DNA of 64,000 bases, taken from positions 1 to 64,000 of the IMG/VR virus record IMGVR_UViG_3300042892_005961. One strand, written 5' to 3'. The notes under the pieces were generated by a model. It was given only the letters and a program-made list of their open reading frames with translations. It was not told the origin of the DNA and did not search any database. Below are positions 27,267-36,314 of this stretch, one piece after another (positions within the stretch are counted from its first letter, which is position 1; the number at the start of each line of letters is the position of its first letter). Both the position numbers and the translations under genes were made by a program.

Positions 27267-28793
27267 TTAGAACCATCCGTAACATGCAGGACAAAAAGTA
27301 TTTTCTACTCTACATAGTCCATTACCATCGGTATAACAACAGATGTAACCTTTATTACAAGATGCCTGTGCACACGCTGGTCCGCCGGTACAATCTTGTG
27401 CATTGTGTTCAATTGAAACATATGTTTTATTTGCATCAACATCCGATTTAGTTAAGAATAAGTGAGCGTTTTCAACACTAATTTCAAATCCACCAAAAAA
27501 TTGATGAAGTTGTTCTATGTTTGAAATTTCTTTAGTTACGAATGATGGTGTCGTTGGATTTGTTGTATCTAATAATAAAATACTATCTCCAATTATCATT
27601 TTGTATTCACTAGTTACAACATCACCCAATATCAAAAATCTAACTTCGTTGTTTCTAATTGATAGATAAGATGATCCCGTATTATCATACCAATCACTAC
27701 CATCTGCAAATGTTAATTTAATAACATTAGTATAGGTATTTACTCTTTTTAGTGCCGTAATCGCATTTGTGCTATATGTGGTTCCAGTTTGTAATTCGGA
27801 TAACGATATCCTATAATTGGTTGTATCATTTAAATTATCCGCATCGAATGGATTTGGTACATCAATTGTTTTAATAATATCACCAACCACCAATTCAGTT
27901 GCAAGTTTGGTACTACCATCTGCCATTTCCACTAAATCCGTATCTAATAATTTTGGTAACCTCATTTGATAATCACCACTAATGTATTTATTTCTATCTT
28001 GTGTTAATTCAAATGTTGTAACATCAAATATAGAATCTGTTTCTACTGAGTTATCACACACTCTTGTATAACCACCCAATGATATTGACTCTAAATTAGG
28101 AGGGAATAATAAATTTAAACCTCTAAATACTTTTATATGATTTTCAAATAATTGTGTTGCATTAAAATAAAATTCCATTAAAAAATAATCATCCGTAACT
28201 ACATTTGAAATAAGTGTATTAAGCTCTTCTTGTGTTGTTACTTTGTAAAATTTAGGATATACTTCTCTGTCGTATTGTGGTAATCTATCTTTTAATATAA
28301 AATTAGGATGTCCACCATTATCATTGATGGTTGTTATATTATTAACTAAATTATTGTTTTCATCCATATACGCAAATTGAGAACCAAATGACGACTCTTT
28401 AATTAAATTTAAAAAATTAATTTTATCTTTACAATATGTATCGTCCACTAACGCTGTCGTATCGTAAGCACTTCTAATGATTAATGTTTGGTCGGTGTCT
28501 TCAACAGATGGTATAGTTATTGCATTTGATGCGACGATGTGGTCTTCAAATTCAATTCCTAATGTTTGACATGAAGATGATAAATTATTTTTAAAAACCG
28601 TCATTCCACCTATATAAATAACTTTAGTAAACCCGTTTTCAGTTATAAATGAATTAAGTGTTGTTAAATCGATACAATCAATATCATCTTCGATTTTATT
28701 ACGATGCCAACCAACTGCGGTATTGATTTCAATTGGTACTAAATTACCAATTTTATTGTACATAAAGTCCGATCCAATTAAGACTGTTCTCAT
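27267..28793 (-). CDS. circularly permuted ATP-grasp-like + Hint domain + C-terminal Cys-rich peptide
   Basis: N-terminal GSDF..GNLVPIEINT precedes FILK and LMEFY; Hint block A LVEMADGSTKLATELVVGD; Hint end HLFL...IEHN; then 44 aa with 8 Cys. Confidence 0.7.
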   Translation of the reverse strand: MRTVLIGSDFMYNKIGNLVPIEINTAVGWHRNKIEDDIDCIDLTTLNSFITENGFTKVIYIGGMTVFKNNLSSSCQTLGIEFEDHIVASNAITIPSVEDTDQTLIIRSAYDTTALVDDTYCKDKINFLNLIKESSFGSQFAYMDENNNLVNNITTINDNGGHPNFILKDRLPQYDREVYPKFYKVTTQEELNTLISNVVTDDYFLMEFYFNATQLFENHIKVFRGLNLLFPPNLESISLGGYTRVCDNSVETDSIFDVTTFELTQDRNKYISGDYQMRLPKLLDTDLVEMADGSTKLATELVVGDIIKTIDVPNPFDADNLNDTTNYRISLSELQTGTTYSTNAITALKRVNTYTNVIKLTFADGSDWYDNTGSSYLSIRNNEVRFLILGDVVTSEYKMIIGDSILLLDTTNPTTPSFVTKEISNIEQLHQFFGGFEISVENAHLFLTKSDVDANKTYVSIEHNAQDCTGGPACAQASCNKGYICCYTDGNGLCRVENTFCPACYGWF

Positions 28794-28962
28794 AATTTAC
28801 TAATTTTTAAATAAAATAGCAAATATAAAGTGTCTATGCTAGATGGATTTCTTGAATCCTTTGGGTTATTATAGATAAATATACATAAATTGTTTAAATA
28901 ATCAATATCATTAAATTAAATTATCAAAACAATTTGTTATTTATGACTGTAATTGGGTGTTT

Positions 28963-29646
28963 TTACTTGTTAAATTTACAAAAATTACGTTTAAACTCCT
29001 TTTCGTACACTTTTAATTCCTTTGTGTTTAACCCATTATATAGTCCTGTGGACATAAATGCTTGGATTTCATCATCAATAATTTTCTTATCATCAACATA
29101 TCCCATCTTAATAAGTTTCTTTTTTAACTTATTATAATGAGTTAATTTAATGTTACCAATCAGTTCATTTACCTTTTTCTTATAATCTTTGTTGGTAAAA
29201 TATAGTCCGTGAGCAATTTCGTGATTCATAGTTCCTTTATCTTTAGAACTTGCACCAATCAAATACCAATCACATCTTGTTCCGTTATTTTTATTTTGTG
29301 AATCAATTGCACAATAAAAATAAATGTCATTCATTATCACATCATACTCGGTTTCTTTATAAAACGCATCCACCCCTCCGTCCAATATATTTGATGGGAT
29401 ATTATATCCAGCCCAATCATCAGGATATGTAAATGTTCTTTTCTTCCACATATCTTTGTAATGTCTCATATATTCCATCCAAGTAAAACGTTTACCTCTA
29501 AACTTTTTATATGGTGATTCATAATATTCTTGATAACGACAGAATAACATTGCACGATCATAATCATCATCAATTTGGGCACAATATATTTGTGGAACAA
29601 TCTCTTTAACCACACCTTTAACTAAAGGATGTTTAATTTTTTTCAT
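28963..29646 (-). CDS. hypothetical protein with HExxH motif
   Basis: MLFCRYQEYYESP, HEIAHG, DEIQAF. Confidence 0.6.
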   Translation of the reverse strand: MKKIKHPLVKGVVKEIVPQIYCAQIDDDYDRAMLFCRYQEYYESPYKKFRGKRFTWMEYMRHYKDMWKKRTFTYPDDWAGYNIPSNILDGGVDAFYKETEYDVIMNDIYFYCAIDSQNKNNGTRCDWYLIGASSKDKGTMNHEIAHGLYFTNKDYKKKVNELIGNIKLTHYNKLKKKLIKMGYVDDKKIIDDEIQAFMSTGLYNGLNTKELKVYEKEFKRNFCKFNK

Positions 29647-30394
29647 ATATTAAATCTATTATTCTTTGAGCAACTATTTTATTACCCTCAATACCTAAAT
29701 GTTCATCTTTAGATAGTCCCTTTGTTTCATGTTTAATTAATATTTCATGTTTATTCATCCAATTACATAATGCGTCTTTATCGAACCAAATAAAATTAAA
29801 ATCGTCATTTGATAAATTATGATTCTTAAGATACATCTGAAAGTCTCCACTATCAATAATCAAATAGTCTAATCCTAATAATTTAATATAGGAAACTAAA
29901 CCAAAAAAAGTGGACATCATTTTATTTTTTTCAAAATCATCTTCAACAAAATTATAAAAATAATTTGTTAAATCTTTATAAATTCTTGGTAAATCTTCTC
30001 TTGGATTACCATTAGCAAAATCCGTAATATCTGTGTATGAATGTATACTTGATATCGTTAAGTTAATGGTTCTTTTTAATTCATTTGAATATAATTCATC
30101 TCTCCAATATGGTGGTATTTCTAATATAAAAAACGTACCTTCTAAATTGTCTTTATTTTCATACAGATATTCATAGGTTGTTCTAACCAGTCTATTAGAA
30201 GACCCTCCTGGTACTGAGTTATTTACTACATCAACACCTAATTCTTTACCAATTACATTAGGGTAAGCATAATCTAAATGATTAACTATTTCAATACCTA
30301 AATTTGCTTTGTATATTTCCTTAACATCCTCCCAATGTAATCCACCTGCATAAGTGAAACTACAACCATTTGCAAAAATTTTATTTATTTTCAT
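29633..30394 (-). CDS. SGNH/GDSL-like protein
   Basis: NGCSFT, GGSSNR, DEHLGIEGN. Confidence 0.7.
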   Translation of the reverse strand: MKINKIFANGCSFTYAGGLHWEDVKEIYKANLGIEIVNHLDYAYPNVIGKELGVDVVNNSVPGGSSNRLVRTTYEYLYENKDNLEGTFFILEIPPYWRDELYSNELKRTINLTISSIHSYTDITDFANGNPREDLPRIYKDLTNYFYNFVEDDFEKNKMMSTFFGLVSYIKLLGLDYLIIDSGDFQMYLKNHNLSNDDFNFIWFDKDALCNWMNKHEILIKHETKGLSKDEHLGIEGNKIVAQRIIDLIYEKN

Positions 30395-30493
30395 CTGACA
30401 ATTTATTAATTTGTCTAATCATATTAATAAAAGAAAATACTGACAGTGTTGCAAATCCAAAATATCCTAATATAATTAACATTTGCATATTAT

Positions 30494-30691
30494 TTAACTT
30501 TTAATTTTAAAATCTTTGTTATAAATGTTGTTGTCTTTGATGAATTTGACAATATTTCTAATTTCTGTGGATCTAACACCACTATAAGCATCGTCCATTT
30601 CACTTAAATCATCTGCACGTTTAAGTAATTCATCTAATGCTGTTCTTTCTAATACTACAAATTGTTTGTAATCACCTATTATTTGTTCCAT
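30494..30691 (-). CDS. hypothetical protein
   Basis: 65-aa ORF. Confidence 0.55.
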   Translation of the reverse strand: MEQIIGDYKQFVVLERTALDELLKRADDLSEMDDAYSGVRSTEIRNIVKFIKDNNIYNKDFKIKS

Positions 30692-30727
30692 AGGTATAAT
30701 ATAATAAAAATAAATGAGAAATAAAAA

Positions 30728-31069
30728 TTAGAGAGCAAAACTTTCTCCACATCCACAAGTCCGACTTGCTTGGGGGTTAACCCAATTGAATCCTTTTCCG
30801 TTTAATCCATCGGAATAATCTAATTCGGTTCCATATAGATATAGAACTGATTTTTTATCTATAATCACTTTCAAGACCTTTAAATCAACAACTTCATCCA
30901 TATCTGTTATTGTATCATCAAAATCCATGGCGTAAGATAATCCACTACAACCACCTCCCTTAACCCCAACACGAAGAAAGTGGGTATCTGGTGTTATTCC
31001 TTTTTCCGTCATTAATTCAACAACATGATTAAGTGCTTTCTCTGATATTGTAACCATCTTAATGTTCAA
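30728..31069 (-). CDS. iscA: A-type Fe-S carrier (IscA/HesB)
   Basis: LRVGVKGGGCSGLSY, NPQASRTCGCGESF. Confidence 0.93.
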   Translation of the reverse strand: MNIKMVTISEKALNHVVELMTEKGITPDTHFLRVGVKGGGCSGLSYAMDFDDTITDMDEVVDLKVLKVIIDKKSVLYLYGTELDYSDGLNGKGFNWVNPQASRTCGCGESFAL

Positions 31070-31460
31070 ATACTAATACATCCATACCATTCTTAACACG
31101 GTAATCGTTTATTGCAGATTTGATGGCGTCCTCCGCCAAAACTGAACAGTGAATCTTAACTGGTGGTAGGTTTAATTCTTCCACTAAATCCATATTATCA
31201 ATTGTCAATGCCTCATCAACGCTCTTTCCTTTTAACCATTCAGTTGCAACGGATGATGATGCAATTGCTGAACCACATCCAAAGGTTTTAAATTTTGCGT
31301 CGATAATGATGTTATCCACAACTTCAATTTGTAATCTCATCACATCACCACACTCAGGTGCACCAACCAAACCAGTTCCTACGTTTGATTTGGACTTATC
31401 TAATGTTCCCACATTTTGTGGGTTGGAGTAATGATTCAATACTTTATCTGAATATGCCAT
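31059..31460 (-). CDS. iscU: Fe-S scaffold protein IscU
   Basis: GAPECGDVMRLQI, FKTFGCGSAIASSS, LPPVKIHCSVLAEDAI. Confidence 0.95.
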   Translation of the reverse strand: MAYSDKVLNHYSNPQNVGTLDKSKSNVGTGLVGAPECGDVMRLQIEVVDNIIIDAKFKTFGCGSAIASSSVATEWLKGKSVDEALTIDNMDLVEELNLPPVKIHCSVLAEDAIKSAINDYRVKNGMDVLVFEH

Positions 31461-31483
31461 ATTAGTTGTTTATATGATAAATA

Positions 31484-31624
31484 TCATCTTTTCTTTTTAA
31501 ATAAATCTGATAGTTTATTACCTGGTTTAGTTATTCTACCGTCGTCATCCATCATAGGTGCGGTGTACATTTCGTATACCATCCAAAGAGTGGTTCCAAC
31601 AATACCAATTATAAAATAGATCAT
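31484..31624 (-). CDS. small membrane protein (46 aa)
   Basis: Hand-translated MIYFIIGIVGTTLWMVYEMYTAPMMDDDG... Confidence 0.5.
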   Translation of the reverse strand: MIYFIIGIVGTTLWMVYEMYTAPMMDDDGRITKPGNKLSDLFKKKR

Positions 31625-31929
31625 ATACTTAAAGTTTTACTTTTCCAAAATTGGTACCATTTACGTTTAGGTGCGGGTTGACATTGTGAGAATGGATTAT
31701 CCCCAAATGAAACTCTACCTAAATATTTTGTAGACATCATGTTTAAAAATACTTCATGATATTCTTGGGGTATTGTGTTAAAATCTGCTGATATTTCAAC
31801 ATTCAAACTTATCGCTCCGTTTTCGGGTGTGGTTAAATGTAATGTTTGGTATGTATTAACATATTGAGATGATTTCATTTCCATATTATTCCCTGCACCT
31901 AAAAATATTTCAGTTTCTTTATTTTTCAT
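31621..31929 (-). CDS. hypothetical protein
   Basis: 102 aa ending KRKWYQFWK motif. Confidence 0.6.
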   Translation of the reverse strand: MKNKETEIFLGAGNNMEMKSSQYVNTYQTLHLTTPENGAISLNVEISADFNTIPQEYHEVFLNMMSTKYLGRVSFGDNPFSQCQPAPKRKWYQFWKSKTLSI

Positions 31930-32215
31930 ATGATAATCCTTCTGTATTTTTTAAAACTTTATTCACTACTTTGGGGGTTTCTTGTTTCATTTCATAAACC
32001 GCCATTTCATATTTACCAATTTGATCGTCTTTAAATTCACATTCTTGTTTCAAAGAATCTATTATTTGATTGGAGTATTTCACACTGTCAGTTAATATTT
32101 GTCTTTCGGCCGTCATGGTTCTATTAATAACCGAAGCTGATGCTAATGTGATTAACGCAAATAAAACTAGTGATAATCTTAACCACCAATTTTCTGATTT
32201 ATTTATTATTCCCAT
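31919..32215 (-). CDS. membrane-anchored coiled-coil protein
   Basis: N-terminal TM/signal, then heptad region. Confidence 0.55.
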   Translation of the reverse strand: MGIINKSENWWLRLSLVLFALITLASASVINRTMTAERQILTDSVKYSNQIIDSLKQECEFKDDQIGKYEMAVYEMKQETPKVVNKVLKNTEGLSYEK

Positions 32216-32218
32216 ATT

Positions 32219-32455
32219 TTATTTTTGTATTTCTATCATTTTATTTGATATTTGTTCTTCAGTCAATTCCATAATAACGGTCGTACCAACCACTTCGTCG
32301 TTAAACAATTCAGCCGCTTCATACAAGTTATTATCACCTATATGTATATGTCCTTGAACAACACTTATTCCTCTCCCGTTATTAAATTGTAATCTTGCGA
32401 TTCTACCATAACCCGCAGGGTGTGGTATAAATTCTAAATCTTTAAATGTTTTCAT
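32219..32455 (-). CDS. hypothetical phage protein
   Basis: MKTFKDLEF...FNNGRGISVV...LYEAA. Confidence 0.65.
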   Translation of the reverse strand: MKTFKDLEFIPHPAGYGRIARLQFNNGRGISVVQGHIHIGDNNLYEAAELFNDEVVGTTVIMELTEEQISNKMIEIQK

Positions 32456-32457
32456 AA

Positions 32458-32622
32458 TTAAAATATTTCTTCAGCAATTCCAAGTGCTTCGGCTATAATT
32501 AGTAATCCTCCCGCATCTACAAAAGATCCGTCAATTAAAGCAACACCCGCACAAATTCTAAAAAAAGATTTAACTAAACTAATCCAAAAGTGTGTACTGG
32601 TTTTTGATTCTTTTTCTTGCAT
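32458..32622 (-). CDS. small membrane protein (54 aa)
   Basis: Hand-translated MQEKESK...ISLVKSFFRI...AEALGIAEEIF. Confidence 0.65.
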   Translation of the reverse strand: MQEKESKTSTHFWISLVKSFFRICAGVALIDGSFVDAGGLLIIAEALGIAEEIF

Positions 32623-32688
32623 ATCATTACTGTTTATACAAATATATCAAAATATTTTTGAAATAAAAAATGGATGTGGATAAAATTA

Positions 32689-34104
32689 CTAACTTATTGA
32701 TTGTGAGTTAGTTAGGAAATCATATTTCTCTTTTTTCCATTCCACCGTTGGGTGTTTCTTAAATCTTTCTGTCAAGATATTTGTTGGGTCTTCAAATATT
32801 TTAATAACAGGAGTGTTAGCTTTACCATATGATTGTATTAAACTACCCTTCCTATATTGTAAATTAATTCTCTTTCTCTTGTGTTGTAATGATACAAATA
32901 TGTAGATAGCTCCATGTGCAAATTGTTTGGACATACAGTTCTTCATATTAAATCCCTCTATTCTAAAATCATCTTCAGTAAGTAATATTTTTGGTTTGAA
33001 TGTCTCATCTCTAATTACAATGTCTTCTTCTATTTCTTTTATGAAGTCTTCGGGTATAAGATATTTTACTTTATACCCACGTGCGAAGTGTAATTTTAAT
33101 CCTGACCATATCTCCATTACATTATCAAACTCACTATCATTCTTTGCTTTGAACTTAAGATTAACTCCTCTTTGTTCTAATAGATCTCTAATTGAGAATA
33201 GTTTATTTAATGTGTAAATTAATGAGTCGGTCTTAATTGTGTCTATCTCCCAATCATTGATGACTTTAACTAAAAAGTCTTTTTCAGATTCATTCTTTAA
33301 GTAATGTAATTTCTTGTTGGGCGGTGTGTCATAACAATGTATCTCCCAAATAAATTTCTTTAAATATTCAATGTGATTGTCCCCAAATAATTTACAAAAG
33401 TAATTTAACGTACTAATTTGAATCTGTCTGACGTTTTGACTTAATTCTTTTATTAGATATTTTGATTTAATACCGTAATGATCTAAAACTGCCGGTAGAA
33501 ATTTATTATCATTTTTATCTAACCATTTCTTTTTAGGGTAATCATTTTGAATATCATAGTATACCGCATTATGTCCTTTAATACCTTTAATGTCTAAGTG
33601 ATAATCAACTAACATATCATAGATAGTATTATAGAAGGGTTTTAAATCGTAATTCTTTTCTTTATAAAATTGTGATTTAAAATTTGGTACTGTTTGTTGA
33701 ACAAACAAACTACTTATCTTTTCAACTGCTCTTTCATATTTCACTCCCCAATACCCCCTTCGTTTTTCTCCACGTATAATACCATTCTCAATTAAATCAA
33801 ACAATAACTTAAAATCATTTTTCTTTTCTCTGTCGGTGTTCCTAAACATCTTAACATCCGTATCTAAATTATTTTTGATTTTATATTTTATAAACACATC
33901 GCCACTAATTAAATTAATAACTAAATTATGTTCAAAAGTTATTTGTTGTGCCTTACCGTATCTATCATAGTCAAATTCAAATATACCTTCATAGGTTAAT
34001 TCGTCATTATGTTTATGTAATCTCAATAAACACTGACTAACTGATTCATCTCTCTTTCTATTCTTATCCTTTTTTTGTTGGGAGTACGAAAATAATAAAT
34101 CCAT
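32689..34104 (-). CDS. PcfJ-like domain protein
   Basis: C-terminal EGFNMKNCM...QSYGKAN; paralogue of the neighbour (YPKKKWLDKNDNK vs YPTEKYLKKNDRK). Confidence 0.65.
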   Translation of the reverse strand: MDLLFSYSQQKKDKNRKRDESVSQCLLRLHKHNDELTYEGIFEFDYDRYGKAQQITFEHNLVINLISGDVFIKYKIKNNLDTDVKMFRNTDREKKNDFKLLFDLIENGIIRGEKRRGYWGVKYERAVEKISSLFVQQTVPNFKSQFYKEKNYDLKPFYNTIYDMLVDYHLDIKGIKGHNAVYYDIQNDYPKKKWLDKNDNKFLPAVLDHYGIKSKYLIKELSQNVRQIQISTLNYFCKLFGDNHIEYLKKFIWEIHCYDTPPNKKLHYLKNESEKDFLVKVINDWEIDTIKTDSLIYTLNKLFSIRDLLEQRGVNLKFKAKNDSEFDNVMEIWSGLKLHFARGYKVKYLIPEDFIKEIEEDIVIRDETFKPKILLTEDDFRIEGFNMKNCMSKQFAHGAIYIFVSLQHKRKRINLQYRKGSLIQSYGKANTPVIKIFEDPTNILTERFKKHPTVEWKKEKYDFLTNSQSIS

Positions 34105-34139
34105 ATAGTAATATATATGGATTTAATGAAAATGTGTAG

Positions 34140-36068
34140 TTAAAATGGTAATGGTTCCGCGTCGTCTAAATCTAAAATATCTATTAGTCTTCTTGGTTCT
34201 CTCATTTCTGGCGCAATTTCAATTCCATTTATCATAACAGGTACTCTATCCTTCTTTAACCAGTTAAGTGTTCCAAATCTCGCATGCATTCTAATCAAAT
34301 CACTTACATCATCTATCGCATTTTGATAATGTTTTGGTGGTTGTGCGTTTGAGAAATATTTTGATTGCACCATTCTTCCATCTGATATTTTAAACTCACA
34401 CGTAACTCTATCTTGTTTATCTTCGGTCCTCAATGATACAATGATTGATGTGTCTGTCTCCGCATATGATGCGACACAGTGATGCATAAACCTACCTTCT
34501 TCAACGTATTCCTCTTCTCTTGTTAGAACATATGGATGTATCATTATTTCACCATCACTTACAGTGGTAATGAGTTCTTTATTACCGTTACTACTGTGTT
34601 TCCACAACTCACTTTTTTTCTCACAACTAATTGGTTGTTGAATTTGTCTCACCGTTTCTTCGGGATAAAAATATTGAATGACCCAACCTTTTTTAATTGC
34701 TGATATCATTCTAGATAATTCATTGTGTTCACTATGAAACTTAACTCTAGTATTTGCTCTCATTCTAATATTAGGATCATACTCTCTTATTTTACTCAAC
34801 ATCCTAAAATGATCCATCACTAACCCCATAAAATTTTCATCTACCGATATTCCTTTTTCTGTTTCACTTGTTAACACCGATAATAAATTTTCTTTTTCAA
34901 TATCAGATATGTCATATCCGTGATTTTTAATTCTGTCACGTATATTTTCCATCATTTTTAATGATGATGCACCAATTAAATGTCCCTTATCGTTATCGGA
35001 TGTTGTTCCAAATAAATCTTTATTTATGGAACCGATATATTTTTGGTAGTTATTACCAAACAAATAACATAACATATATAAAGAACCTAAATCAATGTTA
35101 GGTTTCTCATGTAATAGTTTTATTGTCACTTTAGATTTTATTTGATAAACATCTAATACTGACGCAATTAATTTTCTATCGTTTTTCTTTAAGTATTTTT
35201 CTGTTGGGTAATAATGAACTAATAGTTTTTTATAGTCATTCGGTATCTTTATTTTCTTAGTATTAATAAACCATCTTATCACCTCTTCATAAAAAAAAGT
35301 TTTAAAAAATGACCCATCTGTTGGAAAATTAATATTAAACACCTTACTCAATACGTCATTAAATTCTTTATCTTTAAAAATATTTTTTAATTCTTTATAC
35401 AATGGATTATTTTTACCCATATGATTTCTTAAAAACTTAAATGGTCCATCACTACTATCTAAAAAATTATTAAATTGTTGAAATCCGTTCTTTCTAAATT
35501 TAGGTTTGGTTTTAGTTCTTCCATGTTTACCGCTATCAACTAATAAAAAATCCCCTTTAATCATATCAAAAGTAACTGATGTGGTGTATTTGTTTGTTTT
35601 AAAATACTTACAGTTAAATCCTCTACATTTTGTGAATTTGTTTGTTTTAATTGTAACCTTATCTCCTTTTTTTATTATTGACCTTTCTAATATGTGAACT
35701 GATATTTCACTAAGGGGTTCGTTATAGTATTTCTTGATGTGCCTATCCTTCGTAGTATAAAACTCCCCCGGTGTTCCATTTAGTTTATGAGTGGAAGCGT
35801 ACATAATAATCGGAGCATTTTTATATTCATCGTCCCAATAAAAAAATCTTGTTTTTTTCTTTTTGATTTCATCTGTAAGTGGTGATATTGGAACCCCACT
35901 ACCCCCATCATAATATTCAGTGGTCGTACTACCACCATACTTGTCTTCATACGATAATTGTTTATGGATACCACTATGTGATGTGTCCACTCTTGGGAAC
36001 TTAGAATAGTTCTTATATGGGGTAATTCTCGCGTAAGTATATGTTTGGTAGAGTAATATTTCCTCCAT
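34140..36068 (-). CDS. PcfJ-like domain protein
   Basis: EEGRFMHHCVASY...IVSLR...RVTCE...QSKYFSN. Confidence 0.75.
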   Translation of the reverse strand: MEEILLYQTYTYARITPYKNYSKFPRVDTSHSGIHKQLSYEDKYGGSTTTEYYDGGSGVPISPLTDEIKKKKTRFFYWDDEYKNAPIIMYASTHKLNGTPGEFYTTKDRHIKKYYNEPLSEISVHILERSIIKKGDKVTIKTNKFTKCRGFNCKYFKTNKYTTSVTFDMIKGDFLLVDSGKHGRTKTKPKFRKNGFQQFNNFLDSSDGPFKFLRNHMGKNNPLYKELKNIFKDKEFNDVLSKVFNINFPTDGSFFKTFFYEEVIRWFINTKKIKIPNDYKKLLVHYYPTEKYLKKNDRKLIASVLDVYQIKSKVTIKLLHEKPNIDLGSLYMLCYLFGNNYQKYIGSINKDLFGTTSDNDKGHLIGASSLKMMENIRDRIKNHGYDISDIEKENLLSVLTSETEKGISVDENFMGLVMDHFRMLSKIREYDPNIRMRANTRVKFHSEHNELSRMISAIKKGWVIQYFYPEETVRQIQQPISCEKKSELWKHSSNGNKELITTVSDGEIMIHPYVLTREEEYVEEGRFMHHCVASYAETDTSIIVSLRTEDKQDRVTCEFKISDGRMVQSKYFSNAQPPKHYQNAIDDVSDLIRMHARFGTLNWLKKDRVPVMINGIEIAPEMREPRRLIDILDLDDAEPLPF

Positions 36069-36139
36069 AAAGTAAGTTTAGATGTCAAATATACGAAAAA
36101 AGTTAGAATATACGCCTATTTATTAAAAAACACACAATT

Positions 36140-36265
36140 ATGGCGAAAGGAAAAAGTGCTAGCAACAACAAAGTCTCTTTTGGTAAGAGAAAGAGAGGTT
36201 CGGCAACAAAAACTCACAACAAACACGATAGAACTGAAAAGAACTACCGTGGACAAGGAAGATAA
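36140..36265 (+). CDS. small basic protein ending YRGQGR (41 aa)
   Basis: Hand-translated MAKGKSASNNKVSFGKRKRGSATKTHNKHDRTEKNYRGQGR; TATTTAT upstream, terminator downstream. Confidence 0.75.
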   Translation: MAKGKSASNNKVSFGKRKRGSATKTHNKHDRTEKNYRGQGR

Positions 36266-36276
36266 TAATTCCTTAT

Positions 36277-36314
36277 AAAACCCTGACAACTAACAACTAA
36301 CGTCAGGGTTTTTT
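36277..36314. terminator. bidirectional rho-independent terminator
   Basis: aaaaccctgac...gtcagggtttt between convergent genes. Confidence 0.75.

Noticed and set aside
27402-27953. Hint domain as a classical splicing intein
   Set aside because: No N-terminal Cys/Ser, no TxxH, the +1 residue is Ala and there is no endonuclease, so only C-terminal cleavage is plausible.
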